This document shows, in pieces, positions 25,613-39,914 of a stretch of 64,000 bases of DNA. The notes under the pieces are model-generated. The model was not told where the DNA came from. It saw nothing but the letters and a program-made list of their open reading frames with translations, and made no database searches. The first letter of the stretch is position 1. Each line of letters starts with the position of its first letter. Position numbers and translations under genes: made by a program. The stretch lies in assembly GCA_024137785.1 (NCBI GenBank), contig JAHRHZ010000264.1:27871763-27935762 (forward strand), in the 5' to 3' direction. The DNA is from Ginglymostoma cirratum (lineage: Eukaryota).

Positions 25613-27942
25613 GTGAGTCCAGATAAAATTCACAGCGGTATCTCTAGCACTGCTCAGGGTATCCCTGCAAAAGAATGAACTTTGAAATGTTTGCAAAATG
25701 ACACTGGGTTTCTATTGTAGAATCAGGTTAGGAAGCAAGTAATTAGCACAAATGTGAATTTTGTTTTTAAGTCAGGAAGAATGTTTGTCTTTTTGGTTTT
25801 AAATGATGGGTTTTGCATCTGCACTACAAAAGCGGTTTCAGTTTCATTCTTTTAACCTTGTGTCTAATAATATTGTAGTGCCTGTTTGAACTTTCTGTCT
25901 GGGAGACATGTTTACGAGGCTTCTATTTAGGGAAGCACACATCTCTGAGATCTGAACCTTTGAGGTGAATTCTATGGAATTCCATTACCCATTTTCACCT
26001 CTGCCAAGTCCCATTTTCGCCTCTGACTCTTCTGGTATCCTGAAAGTTACGAATTATGGAGTGCCTCACATATAAGAAACTACAACAGAAGATCAGAGAG
26101 ATAGTTCGTGTCAGCTGAGATTGCTGAATATTTTCCTACACTTACAAAGGAGTCCTGGTTTCCTGGTTTTCCAGGATGCAACAGCCATCTCTGTCCATTC
26201 AAAATTCAAAATAGGTTTCAAGCCACCTGTCCCAAAGTATGCATCTCTGCTGCCATAGGGAGAGAACACTAAGGATAATGTGATAGTTGGGAAGATGTGA
26301 TCTGGTCAGCTAAGCTTTCTTGGGAATTAGAGGTTTATGGCCACTATCCTCAAAGGAAAGACGATCACAGAGAAGCAGATTGGGTACAGGAGCCCAAATG
26401 AGCAGCACATTGGAAGGCCATTTGACAACGTTGTGTTTCAGCATGGAGAAAGTAATAACTGCAGAAACATCCCAAAAGGCACTTTTTTGCTTCCATGCAG
26501 GCCTCAGGTGACACATTGCAGAGAGTGGTTTCCTCCTGGTGTTCTCAGAGCAGGGCGTCTGAGCACTGAGCCTCTGAGTTTATTTGTTTGGTGCTTTGTT
26601 TCCCTTGCAAAATTCCTCATTCACCTCTGACTCTTCTGCAATTGTAAAGACACTAGAGATGAATGTGGATTGCATGGTTGCTTGGCTGGGATCTTGACAA
26701 AATGTACCAGTGACATCAGCTAAGGCTGTAGAGGATAGATTCCTCTCCGTCTGCATGAAGGCTGCTGGAAGTGTAGACATCCCTCACGCAGAGGTATTTT
26801 TGTGTGGCCTTGTGCTTCTGCTCGAAACAAGTTGCACATAAATGACGCCTTTTCTTGTTGATGTACATTCGGGCGTCAACGAGGGAAGTACATGTTTGTG
26901 TGCCATCTATGATTCCTTAGGCCTCAGAGAATCTGGCCAATCAGTGAAATATCAGCACTCTACCGTGTTGCTGCAAGAAGCTGATAAAATTTCTGATTGC
27001 TATAACCAAGGTATTGACAATTTGCTCAATGCATCAGTGCACAGCTCTTTGATCAATAATACTAATGTCCCGTGTGATGGCCTCAAATGATTCCACACAA
27101 GTGAAATGTGGTGGTGAATTTAATAGCTTCTGCTTTATGGTGAGCCAGGGTTGCAGAATCATGTGTAGCATGTGCTTTAACTAAGTGATATCCTGCTTTA
27201 TAAGTTGTAGCCTCTGTAGCAATTGCTTCTCAATGAGATGCAGGTCACTTGTAAATTCTGGCATTGGCAGATATGTCTGTTGCTCTCGCTGGACTGTCTG
27301 TGATCTGTCTTTCTGTTTATTTCAAAGAATCTACACAAATGTGGAATCCCTAAAATAAATCCAAAGTAACCTATTTGGTAAAGGATGAGTTAATCACAAT
27401 CCCAAAACAATAGAATCAGGGTAGCTGATAGAGTGGTCGGTTGACCATTCACCAAGGGAACACAGCACAGTCATAACAGTCATAAGGTTTTAACAGAAAA
27501 TTTGTAAACTAATTCCCTTTAAACTTGCAGGGTAATGACATAAAATTACTTCAAGCTAGTGTATTGTATTCCTTGAGTAGTTTGTAGTGGCGTGATTAGG
27601 ACCTGGCAAAAATGAGGTGGCAGCAACAGAAAATAAACGTATTATCTCATTGCCCTGAACCCACCCAAACTTCCCTCACTCTGGCAGAAATTATCACAGA
27701 AAATTGCTTGGCACTAAAGGAGGCTGTGGCTGTGGAGTCTTTGACTACGGTTAGATCAGAGATGAATAGATTTCTGATTACCAATGGTGTACAGCGTTTA
27801 TGGGAATGGGTGAAGTGTTTAGCAGCCATTGAACTGTGGGGCAGACTTGATGGGCTGAAGAGCTACTCCTCTTTCCATATTCCTACAGACTGAAATATGT
27901 AATTCAGCATAGTTAATTGAACTTTACTTTTTTTTTCAACAG

Positions 27943-28116
27943 GTAATGTTAGATGCTGAGACTGTGAAACTACCCAAGTTGCCTCATGGGGCTCAGGGGG
28001 GATCTGGAAATCCTCAGGGACTTTATGAAGTTTGTGTCTGTCCAGATGGAAAGCTGTACCTGTCTGTCGCAGGAGTGGGATCTACCTGCCAGGAATACAG
28101 CCGAGTGTGCCAGTGA
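27943..28116 (+). CDS. SGCG: Gamma-sarcoglycan, last coding exon (57 aa plus stop)
   Basis: Poly-T tract and caacag acceptor. Encodes [13 protein letters not shown]...[32 protein letters not shown], with the four C-terminal sarcoglycan cysteines. Adjacency to SACS favours gamma over delta or zeta. Confidence 0.93.
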   Translation, partial: VMLDAETVKLPKLPHGAQGGSGNPQGLYEVCVCPDGKLYLSVAGVGSTCQEYSRVCQ

Positions 28117-28788
28117 GCATCTTGGTGTCTTCTCAAATCTTCTGAGAACTTGACATTTCATCCAGCGATTTTGAAAACGTTTGAATTTTTTCAGTAAATG
28201 CAGCTGCAAGCATCAGTGCCATATAATCATTTTTAAAAAAAAGTGGTAAAAGATTTCCCTGCGCCATTACATTTAATCTGAGACATTAAACAGAAATCCC
28301 TATTGCCCCAGAAAAAACGAAAATAGTCAATTTACAAATGGACAACGAGAGCACAATTCAAACTCTAATTTCAAATAATGGAAGCAGAAATCTAACTCGG
28401 GCTCAATTGTCATTGTTGCACATACAACATTGCTAAACACTCCACATAATGGACTGCAACATGATGTACCAGAAACAGTTGCATCAGATGATCCTCTGAT
28501 TTATTGAACATTTTTATAGGAAAGCTATATGGACTCGGAATTATAAATCGACATTTTCTATCAGTGCATCAAACTAACTACGACATCATCCAAATTGTAA
28601 GCCAACATCTGAGATTCATTTTTTTAACAATTAAAATACATTGTATTAATTCAATTTTGATATACTTACAGCGGGGACTCGGTTGATTTTGACCGGTGTC
28701 CGTTTGATCTCTATGCAATAACTTTTTTTTTCCTGCAATAACACTTGAACCACAAGAGCTGTGCTTTTTGTACAAAACTACAACGTGG

Positions 28789-28894
28789 AATAAAGTACCC
28801 AAAGCTTTACCATCTATATGTAAACCACAGTATTAAAGTTGCAGTACCCTTTCTTAGTCTTTTTATAAAGCTATGTTGAAATGTATGAAATAAA
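28789..28894 (+). terminator. Candidate SGCG polyadenylation signals
   Basis: AATAAA at 28789-28794 and 28889-28894, ending an AT-rich stretch after the stop codon with no recognisable repeat. Confidence 0.5.
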
Positions 28895-29464
28895 AGTACG
28901 CAATCCCTACTTGCATTGGGTGATTTTTCAACGCCTATTACTTAGTAACAAGTTATATTTCATTGCTTTAAACTAGAGATACATTAACCATGAGGTGGCG
29001 AGAGGGTCACTAACAGCAGGCATGGATTTAAGATAATTTACAAAAGAAGAGAGGCAACACAATTGTTTTTTCATGTGACAAGTGGTCATTATGTGAAGTT
29101 CAATGCCTGCAAGGGTAAGGGAAGCAGGTACAATCAGAAGCTCCAAATAAAGTCAAACATATAGGGCTGGATTTTCATCCGAGAGACTTATAGTGGAGTG
29201 GGCGTTGAAACTCGGTGTGCCTTTTTCAGGATTCTTATTCCAAGAGGTTTGGAGCTGGGCCTGCACCCCAGAAACAGTGAAGAGGCAGTCACAGTCCCAG
29301 TGCTTAGATGGCCTGTTTAAAAGTCCCATCTCATTGCTCTGAGACTTCATCCCATTACTTTTATTTACTATTAAGCCACCTGGGTCTCACCCTTCACACA
29401 CAACTCACCGTGTGCTCCCTCCACCGGCCCATACCACACCCCTAACGCCATTCCAACTTCTCAT

Positions 29465-31200
29465 ATTTATAGCACAGGCAGAGGTCATTCAGCCCATCAT
29501 GTCCTCACCAATCAACAATGATCTGGCTACACGAATCCCAATCTCAAGGTTTTGGCACATACCCCTGAAGACTATTGCAACATAAGTGAATTTCTAAATA
29601 TTGCTTAAATGGTATGAGAATTTCTGACTCAACTATCTTCTTAGGCAGTGAGTTCCAGACTCTTACACCTTCTGAGTGAAAATATTTCTCCTCAACTCCC
29701 TTCTTAGTCTTACATCTCTTACCTTACATCTCTTACCTTACCTCTATGTCCCCGATTATTTAGCCCTGTACTAATGAACAAAGTGCTTTCCAATCCATCC
29801 TATCTTTGCCCCTCATAACCTTATACAGCTCAACAAGTTCCACTCTCAACCTTTGCTGTTCCAAAGAAAATAAACCCCATCTATCCAATTCTTCCTCATA
29901 GCTCAGACTCTGCAGCTAGCGGCATCCCGGTAAATCTTCTCTGCACCTTCTGTAGTGCAATCACATTCTTCCTAAAGAATGTTGACCAGAACTGCACAGA
30001 AAACTCCTGTTGTGGAATAACTAGCTGGAGTCCCAGTATCACCTTGCTCTGTATTCTATGCCTTGGCTAATAATAGCAGGTATCCATTATGCCTGCTCAA
30101 TGATCTTACCTACCTGTCCTGCTGCCTGCAGGTATCTATGAATATACAAACTAAGGTCCCTTTGATCTTCAATACTTGCCAGAGTCCTACAGTTCATAAT
30201 GTAATCCGTTGCCTTGTTAGCCCTCCCTAACTCCACTACCTCACACTTTTCCAAGTTGAATTCCATTTTCCAATGCTCTGCCCACCTGACCAGGCCATTG
30301 ATATCTTCCTGAGATTTACAGCTCACTATTTCTCACCCTGTCAATTTTGTGTCATCTGTGAACCTTTTGATCATACCCGCTACATTTAAGTTCAAATCAT
30401 TAACATATACCACAAAGAGCAAGGGGCCCCAGCACTGAGCCCTGCAGCGCCCCACTGGAAACAGACTTTCAGTCTACAGAAAGGTCCTTCTTCCATCACC
30501 ATCCACTTCCTGCCACTCAGCTAATTTTAAATCCAGTATGTCACTTTGCCTTGGAGCCTGTGGACTCTCACTCGCTCGGCCAGTCTGCCATGAGGGACCT
30601 GATTAAAAGCCTTGATAAAAATTTGTCAAACATTACTTTCTCTTACAAATCCACGCTGACTATCCTTGATTAATCCATGTCTCTCCAGATAGAGATATAT
30701 TCTGTCCCTGAGAATTCTTTCTAATAACGTCCCCATCAGCGAGAATAGCCTGACTGGCCTGTAATTTCCTGGTCTATCCCTTCGTTCCTTGTTTTAATAA
30801 TGGACAGCATTAGCAGTCTTTCCTCAAACTGGCTGTCAGGGTTCCTGAATTCTCCTTTCTTTCCCTCTCAACAAACTACAATATATCTCATTCAAGACAC
30901 TAGACTCTTTCATTTTTAAGGCTGCTTAACTGACTATTGCCTCCTATGTCTTTGTTAAAGTTGTCTAATATTTCACAGTCCTCTATCCTGATATCTATGT
31001 CTGCATTGTCCTTTTCCATTGTGAAGACCAGTGCAAAGTTTTCAATGAGGACTGTGCATATATCTTCCAGGTCCACACCACATCACATCTACGGTCGCTA
31101 ATGGGTCTTTCACTAGTTAGTCTGTTGCTTGATTTTCTTTGCATAAAACCCTTTGGGTTTTTTTTTAAATACTAATGAAAGATTGCCTTTCTGATGTCAA
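29465..31200 (-). mobile_element. CR1 LINE fragment (RT C-terminus to 3' end), decayed
   Basis: ORF 30087-30326 reads LVRWAEHWKMEFNLEKCEV...EDQRDL. VPVGALQGSVLGP-like motif at ~30425-30460 (-). Confidence 0.85.
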
Positions 31201-31467
31201 GACAAAAATGTGCAATTTTTCCCTTATGCCTTACTTCTATGCATTTCTATGCAGTTCACTGTTATCTCCTCCTTTGCAAAGAATCCAGATAAAACCAATG
31301 CCAGTACAGAAGTCAGTGTGGTTATCTGATGCCACAGATCACTGCTTGCTTCTCTGGGCCTTTACCCAGCTCCACCCTGATCATTTCTCTGCATGTCCCA
31401 TGGATTCTTCAATCTTACATCCAAGCAAGGAGGCATCATTAAGCCACCAGCCTCACCTCATCAACAT

Positions 31468-31935
31468 GAGAATGGTCCCAGGAATGAGAAGCTTAACATA
31501 TGAGGGACGTTTGAGGATGCTGGGACTACACTCATTGGAGTTTAGAAGGATGATGGGGGATCTAATTGAAACTTACAGAATACTGAATGGCCTGGACAGA
31601 GTGGAAGTTGGGAAGATGTTTCTATGAGTAGGAGAGACTAGGACCCGAGGGCACAGCCTTAGAGTAAAGAGAAGACCTTTTAGAATGGAGATAAGGAAAA
31701 ACTTCTTCAGCCAGAGACTGGTGAATCTATGGAATTCACTGCCACAGAAGGCTGTGGAGGCCAGGTCATTGAGTATATTTAAGACTGAGATAGGTTCTTG
31801 ATTACCAAGGAAATCAAGGGTAATGGCGAGAAAGCAGGAGAATGGAGTTGAGGAACTTACCAGCCACGATTGAATGGTGAAGCAGACGCGATGGGCCAAA
31901 TGGCCTAATTTCCTCTCCTATGTTTTATGCTCTTG
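31468..31935 (+). mobile_element. CR1 LINE 3' end, relatively young
   Basis: RMVPGMRSLTYEGRLRMLGLHSLEFRRMMGDLIETYRIL at the end of ORF 31175-31627, then the CR1 3' UTR. Confidence 0.9.
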
Positions 31936-32989
31936 TGGGTGCTCAACTGCAGGATCAGATGGAATTTGCAAGTTTGACCAGTTCACTCGCTGCTTCAGCC
32001 CTTATGAACTTTGCATAGGTGCTCATGGACACTAATGCCTGGCATGCTTCTGGCTCATTTTGCTCATAGAGACACATTTATCTCATACATCTACACAGTT
32101 TCCTCCCTTTCAGCTCACTTTGAGGCTCACAGCATCTCTAGCTTGCATTGCCTTTTAGTGCTCAATGAGAATTTAGAGGCTTTCAGCACCTCTGGCTTGG
32201 CTTGGCTTTCAGTGCAGACAGACAGGCAGACAGCTTGACATACGTGCTGATATAGCAAACACAGTTCAACCAAATTGCCAAGTCTGAAAGTCACAGAGGT
32301 CTATTTCTTAGTGGGACGAAAGGAGACGCCATCATTCAGAGGGTACTGCCAGAGTTAATTAAGGGGCTCATCTGATTACAATATAAGGAGTTGGCCATAA
32401 TCAATCAGTCAGCCATTTAGTCCTAGCATTGGGGATCATTGTCTTTACTGTCTGGGATTGGGTCACAGTCAGTCCTGCAGGCCAACCCTAACCAGTTGAG
32501 GGATTACCAGGAGGTCACTCAGGGTAATGTACAGACACCAGCCTGGGTCTGGGCCATGATCAGCTTTGACTGTCTCACAAGTCATTCTGGAGATTGATCA
32601 AGGGTCAGTCCTGGGCGTTTGGGTCATTGTGGTCAGTGATTTTAGCAGGGGGCAGTCCACAGAGTACTAGATAATGGGGAAAAATCAAGTCTAGCTGTGG
32701 ACTGTGTTATGTTGTGATGCCAAAGGGATAATGACAATGAGAGAGGCCAATTCCAAATATAAAGGTGACATCTGATACAGCAGAGGGAACATGTGGTACT
32801 GTGGAGGGTGTGTTTTCACAAGGCACTACCCATTCTAGCTTCAATGGGAGGAGAGTGGATTGCTATTGTGGGGATGGCAATGCAGCAAGCCATGGGCTGA
32901 GTGGGAAAAATTAGGAATTTTCACAAATGACAGGGTTGGATGGGAATGTGTGAAGCGTGAAAACTGATAGCGTTAACAATAGCAACAAG

Positions 32990-34860
32990 GCTGGGGTGGA
33001 GAGTTACGCCTGATTTTCAGGTGGGGCCTAGAGCTCACTAAGAAGAGTACAAACTGGACAACATACCATCTTCGACCAAATCTCAACTGCACAATAAGGA
33101 AAAGAAATGGCTGCCAACAGATTCACAGTAAGTGTAGTAAGGTTGTTTTCAGTCTGTGGGGGTGGGTTAACATGTTGGCGATTTGAGATCCCGGGGCAAT
33201 TACCTTCATTGGGCATCGATACATTTAAAGATGCCATACCTCTGCCATCAAACTGCATTTCATGTGCAACTCCTACATTGCCCACGAATGCACAATACAA
33301 ATATTAGCTTCATGCTATCATAACCATTCAACAACATAATTTGTGCCATCTCTGTGAAGCCAATGTGATTACAAATGAACACAAAATTGTCACTTGCATT
33401 CGCCAATGTGCAAACCCATTCCACAGGTTATATTGTGGCACATTGCGTCAGAGCTGCTGTCTTTGCACACTGAATTGTAAGAACATGAACATGTTATGGT
33501 AAGTGGTGCATTTTCTGAGTGCTTTGGGGTGGGATCTTCGTAAACAAGAATGTAGTCCTGCCACGCTTATAACTTCCCAAAATTGTTCAGTGAAATTGCT
33601 TCTTTTACATTACCATCTGATTCAGGCGTCCATGTTGAGCTATTCCATTGCCCTCCTTTTAGGAGACCTCCACACCATTGCATATTGCAGCTTTAGATGA
33701 AGATTTGTTTCTGTTTGATGTCACTCTTGAGGAATTGTATCACAGAAAAGCAATTCTGATATTCCCCCAACAGTTTTAGTGCAGCCATCCCAAATGGATA
33801 TGGCATTGTTACTGTTACAGCATCACACAGACAACACAGAGCAAGATAGCACATCGTTGATAATATTGTTGAACTCCTCTAACCTTTGCTCCAGTTTACC
33901 AAGTGTCTCTGACAAGACTGCCTGCTATTTCTGTGCCTGTCTGTGCATTTGCGCAAAGTTCTTATTGGCCAACACCATGGGGTCATCTGCTGCTTGGACC
34001 TGAACAAGTATCTGGTCTCTGGCAGTCCTGTAAGTGATAGGGGCCTGGGGTATTTCTTCCTCAGCCAGCTGCAGAGACATATCAGTGACGTGCTCAACCC
34101 CAAATTATGTTCCCAAGTCGAGGCTAGAAAGAGAACGCACCAACGTGAAAGTGGCTGAGCTGGTGGAGAATGTGGGAGACAGCCAGTGTACCTTCAAGGA
34201 TCAATAAGCTCCTCCTTAAAGGTGGAGTAGGAGATGGCCTCTTTGGGCAGAGATTACATGGGGGTTGCTACTGCCTGCACAAGAGCGGCTTTTATTTGTG
34301 TAATGTGAGTAAAAATTAATTAACAGTGGTGGGACTGGGAGAACAGCCCAGGACAGCAGAATAAAGCACTCTGAATTGGCTGAACATGAACTTTCAGAAT
34401 CACTGTATAAGTGGTCTTGACTCTTTCCTGCCATCTCCAGGATTTTCTCTTCACGGGGACCAAAGCCAAATATCACCCCAAACTCATCCTTGCCTTCTCA
34501 ACATGCTTGTGTGTCAGCTTCTCCTACAATGAGACAAAAGGAGGGATTGGGTGAGATGAAAATGAATGGATTAATGCCCATAGTGATGCAAAAGCAGGAG
34601 AGGGTGAAGTATCCCTAGTGTGAGTAGAAATTGCAGAGGACAGAAAGCATTAGCAGTTTGGGAAGATGAGGTTGGTTATAAACATTGATTGGAAATGCTG
34701 CATGCAATAGTGCAAGTTGGTGATCATTCACTTTGTGGGCCTTACTTTGCAGGGGCAGAATTAAAGTAGGTGTGAGGTAGCAGTCATATGATGGTGACAC
34801 TGAACCTTAAAGTGCAGAAGACCTTCTTCTTACACTCCTGGACACTTTGTTCTATCTAAG
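32990..34860 (-). mobile_element. Degenerate PIF/Harbinger-like DNA transposon relics (Myb/SANT-like accessory protein)
   Basis: Minus strand QSVQECKKK-like motif at ~34825-34850 and coiled-coil-like LGKLEQRLEE at ~33860-33905. Family assignment is by recall only. Confidence 0.4.
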
Positions 34861-35039
34861 AAATGACTGACTTAGGCAGTTATCTAGATCCATGATGGAT
34901 GGATCTGGATATGTTTCCTCCTTTGCCAATCTACAGGATAACTTTTATATTCATTTATTGAATGTAGGCATCACTGGATGGCTAGCAATTATTGCCTGTC
35001 CCTAGTTGCCCCGAGAAGATACTACACTTGTTCCTTGTT

Positions 35040-35700
35040 CACAGATTGGTATTAGATAGAGGCAATCTCCTGTTTTTATCCCCCATATCCTTGTATATTA
35101 TTTCTAGCAAATAATCAGCCATTTCCTCTTGAATGTCTCAACTGAGCCTACCTTCACTACATTTCTAGGCTGTGCATTTCATATCTGAACAAGCCACTGT
35201 GTGAAAACATTTTTTTTCTCTCACATCACCCTTACTTCTTTCGTAAATCATTTTAAATCAATCCCATCTCATTCTTATTCCTTTTACGAGCGGGAACAGC
35301 TTCTTCCTAATTACTCTGTCCAGCCCGCCCATGACTTTGAAAACCTCAATCAAATCTCCCCTCAGTCTTTTTTTTTTTAAGAACAGTCCTAACCTCTTCA
35401 ATCTATCCTTACAACTGAAACCTTACATTCCTGAAACCATTCTTGTAAATCGCTCCTGCACTCTTTCCAATGCATTCACATTTTACCTGTAATGTGACAA
35501 CCACAACTGAACTTGAGACTCCAGCTGAGGTCCAACAAGCGTTTTGTGCAGGATCAATAAAGTTTTTTGCTCTATGCCCCTATTAATAAAGCAAAGAACA
35601 CTGAATGCTTTGTTAAGTGTTCTCTCAACTGTCCTGCCAGCTGCAGTGATCTGTGTACAAATACACCCAGACGCTCCTGCATCCGCTTTAGAACTGTACC
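35040..35700 (-). mobile_element. CR1 LINE 3' fragment
   Basis: Same motifs as 10040-10510 (ctctgtccagcccgcccatgactttg, aatcaaatctcccctcag). Confidence 0.75.
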
Positions 35701-37759
35701 ATCCATTTTGCTATCGCCCCCTGGATGGGCTTCCTCTTCATCAACTTATCCCTGTTTGAAAAGCCAGTGCGAGCTTTCCCCTCTGGACCATGCCCTCAGT
35801 GTTGGAGGCCAAACATCACAGTGTGAAGGGTATTTCCTGGCCTGCGGAGACTGAAATACTGTGCAGCCATATGGTAACCGTGACATCAATGTCTGAAAGT
35901 CCCGAGAGCAGTGTGCACCCCCACCACTTCCTGCTGCACCACTGCATGAGTTGGACACCACGGTTAATAAGCTGAAGAGCAGACAATTACATGAGAAATA
36001 TAACATGGTCTATGGCAGACCACACTCCCATGAACCTCTCTGAAAATGACACTTGGCCAGGAAAAATGGGAAAACCCAGTCCCATCTTAAAGTAAAGCTG
36101 CAGTAAATTATAAAGGGTTGCTCCTGAATACTTTTGTTGCAACTGTAAATAAAAAACATGGAACACAGGAGTAGCGAGACTGATCCAGGATATGTCGCCA
36201 CACTGGATACATCCCCCATGCCATTCAGTAAGAACAGAGACGCCAAAGTTGCCTGAGGGTACGGATGTTATCAAGATGACCCACAGAAGGAATTGGAAGA
36301 GGTGACCAGTGAAGTCAATTGTTGACATCTGGCCATAAGGACCTCACAGTGATGCCACAGGAAATCTAAAAGCCTTGTGCAGCTGGTTAAGGTCAGTGAC
36401 TTTGCGGTGATAACTGGTCCCTCTCTTGTTCTATCGTTCCTCCAAAGGGGCACCTGGTGGTCAGTGTTTTTGAGAGGTGCCTGGCCTATGCGAAACATAA
36501 AGCCCAGAATTTTACTGTTTCAAATAACCCTCTGCTCTTGTCTTAAATGCTGCAGTGAGCTATGCTTCAAATATTCCCTGTGACGAAACAACACCCACAC
36601 AATTATAACATGTATCCAGGCACGCTAACCAATATGCCACGCAGCATTCTCCTCCTGTAGATAGACCATGCCATATTAGGCTCTGCAGCATTCATTGTTT
36701 ATGTGGGCAATAAAATGTCCCCACACAAAAACAAATCATAAAGAAGCAGTCAAATGTAGAAAGCATATGGAGATGCAGGTAGTCTTCAATTAACACGGTA
36801 GTTACGTTCCTGAAAGTCACATCAAGTGAAACCAATTATTAAAACACATATTCCCCAGAATATCAAACAAGCACAGAGTTAATGTATAAAACACCAAATG
36901 ACATGAAAATATGCAAAAAAAAGTATCTTTAAATGTTCCTTGCCACATATACAAACTCTGGAGTTGGGAAGGCTGTGGATCTTTATCTGAACCATCTGCA
37001 GCTCTGGAAGTTGAAAGTTAAGGATGATCAGCCTGTTGTACTGCTGCTTTGTAGCTGGAGGATTGAGTGTCCTTGGGGACAACTTTTAAAAACTTCTCCA
37101 GCCTTCACTGAGGCAGACAATAGCCAAATTGAGCTAAACAAACTGAAACGTTCCCAGGAACGCTGAGTTTTGCTGCACATTTATTCCTCTGTGCTGCAAG
37201 ATGTCGGATATGAACCACATTATGGAAAATCAAGAGCAAATTATTAGATTCGTAGGTAGCAAAATGAAGACTGGGTTAGTGGTAATGTCCCTATCTCTGA
37301 GCCAGGGGACCCACGCTCAAGTCCCACCTTCTCCAGAATTGTGTAATAATGTCTCTGCAGATTTACTAAATCAAGTTTTGAAACCATTTGAATCAAGAAC
37401 TACCTGCACATATTTAGCATGGCTTCAAAACAAGAACGATCAAGATATTTTGCTACTGAACAGTGTATAGTTGTTTAAGTTATAAAAGGAGAAATGTTCA
37501 CACAACAAGCTTTTCTCTAGGCTGATATTTCCCTTCCTTCATTGCATGCGAATTGTCTTGCTGTGTGAATCATGTTGCACTGATGCCACCTTCAGGCAGT
37601 TCAAAGTATACGAAAGGTGTACATTTAAGAATATTGTAAGATTGGTGTGTAGTTGTGTCAAATGCAATTTGAATTATGGTACCTACATTATCAGTACGTT
37701 ACAAAAATTAAACCTTTTCAGAGTACCAACAACTATCAGAGCTTCACAGCAAAATTGAG

Positions 37760-38050
37760 GGGAGGCAATGGCCTCGTGGTATTATCACTGGACTGTTAAG
37801 CCCAGGTAATGTTCTGGGAACCTGGGTTCACATCCTGCCTCAGCAGATGGTGGTGTTTGAATTCAATAAATATCTGTAAATAAAAGTCTAATGATGGCTA
37901 TGAATCCATCACTGATTGTTGGTTAACAAATGCCCTTTAGGAAAGAAAACTACCATCCTTACCAGGTCTGGTCTACATGTGACTCTTAACTCCCTCTGGG
38001 TGATAAATGCTGGCATAGTCATCAACCCATGAATGAACAAATGGGAAAAA
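37760..38050 (+). mobile_element. tRNA-derived SINE, same family as 7500-7845
   Basis: ggcaatggcctcgtggtattatcactggactgttaa...agatggtggtgtttgaattcaataaa...aaatgctggc. Confidence 0.8.
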
Positions 38051-39914
38051 AAATCACTCATGATATACCATTTTCTATTCAGTCTGAAAAGAATTTTCTT
38101 CCTATTTCTTATATTTAAACATTTGAAATATCCTGTACCATTGGGAGCCCAACACATGTTTCAGGCCCCTTTAACAAATAGAGCACAGTGGAGTGCAATA
38201 TGCAATGTAAACAGGTGGTACAAGCTACCTTGTTGAGGTGAACAGTAGCCAAGCTTTCTGACCTCTGGAAGATGTCATTAAATCACTAAATACAAAATGA
38301 TAACTTTACCAGAATCAGAAGTGACTAATAATGCTAACGTATGTTTGTAATTCATTTTTTAAAAGAAGATAAATACATTTTAAATGTATTCCCATGGCCT
38401 TCAGTTTAAGTTGCATAATTCTTAAGAGTTTAGTTCATGAATCTTATTCATGTGGACCAAATTAAAGTATTTGATGGGGTCTGCACTAGAAATTATTAGT
38501 ACAAGTGACATAATTGGAGGGAACCTTGTGCATGGGTGAGAAATTTGCTGGGAGCTACATGTCAGGCCAAAAAAGGCAGGAACGGGAATGAAGTTGTAAC
38601 GTAGCACATCAACTCGCCAACAAAGAGCATACCCAGCTCTGAGTGATCTTGGCTGAGGTGGGATCAATACAGCTGCAATACCCACCTGGCTGCTGCAGAC
38701 CAACATTAATGGACCAACTGGGGAAATATTCGTGGTGCAATGATGTCCAGGGATCAGCCTTTAACTGGAGGTGGCCACCTTTCACTGGGGGGAGTTGGGG
38801 GGGGAAAGGGACCATTACCACTACCTCTCACTCAACCCAGCACAGACCTGCAGTGATACAGAAAGCTGAAGCTAACATACAAGCTGCAAAGCGTTTCCCT
38901 CTCACACCAATTGCATGACCACAGCTGTCAGATAATACTTTTACTTTATCCTAACATTGCAGAGAACACCTCCTGACAGAGGCACCTTCAATCTCCCAGA
39001 TTGGGGCACCAGCCAGACCTCACTGTGAATCCTCCTCATGCAGACTACCCACCTCCCTGATTCACAAAAAGGCTCCTTCATTGGCACCAATGGAAAGACT
39101 GCAGCTGCCGTTCCGTCATGGCCACTTCTGGCTCCAGCAGCCAACGGGTAAAATTCAGTCTGGATAGTGAGGAAAAAAGATATGCAGTCTCAGGTCTCCT
39201 GGGGATCTCTGCTAAGATCTCAAATTTCCATCATATTTATCAATGACTTGAATGAAGGAATAAAACATTGTATATCGAAGGTCATTCTCGGGATTGAAAA
39301 TGATTGATGGGATGAGAATGTAGTTGCCTATTTCCTACTTGGGTTTAAAGTCTTTCACGTCTTCAACAAAGGCTAGGTCTGGGTAGGTTATAACTTGAAT
39401 GCATTTCATCCTATGTTACTTTACGTAAACAGGGGATTAGGGACCCCAAAATGACTTACCCTATCTATTCCACAGTGTTCCAGTCACTGCTTTCTCAAAC
39501 AGGGCCATCAGGTGAGTCTTGGTACACCAACCCAATCAGAGAATTGACTCTTCACTCTGTTAAGTAAGGTCCTGCGACAGACATAGAATCCCAGCTGCAA
39601 CTTTGACGTCTTTATTGGAGATACAGCAGAAGAGTGATCAAACAGGTACACTTCAGATTTTTTTTGTGAGACCAGAGATAGCCCAAGGCTAATTTCACCC
39701 TGAGTGATTTTCTATGTTTGGGGCAGATGTAGAACTTCCCACTTTCTATCCAATTCTGTAAAGATTATAGAATGATGTCTATCCCGTCACCCCTCACCGT
39801 AATGGAAACAATTTCCAATCGTTATATATATTTATACAGACACCACATTATGAATCTGTTCGGCGTGGAAAGCATTAACACTTGACCTGTGCAAAAGAAG
39901 CATTAAAGGAAGGA

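Noticed and set aside
29711-29741. Tandem 14-bp duplication (acatctcttacctt twice)
   Set aside because: Ordinary slippage inside a decayed CR1.
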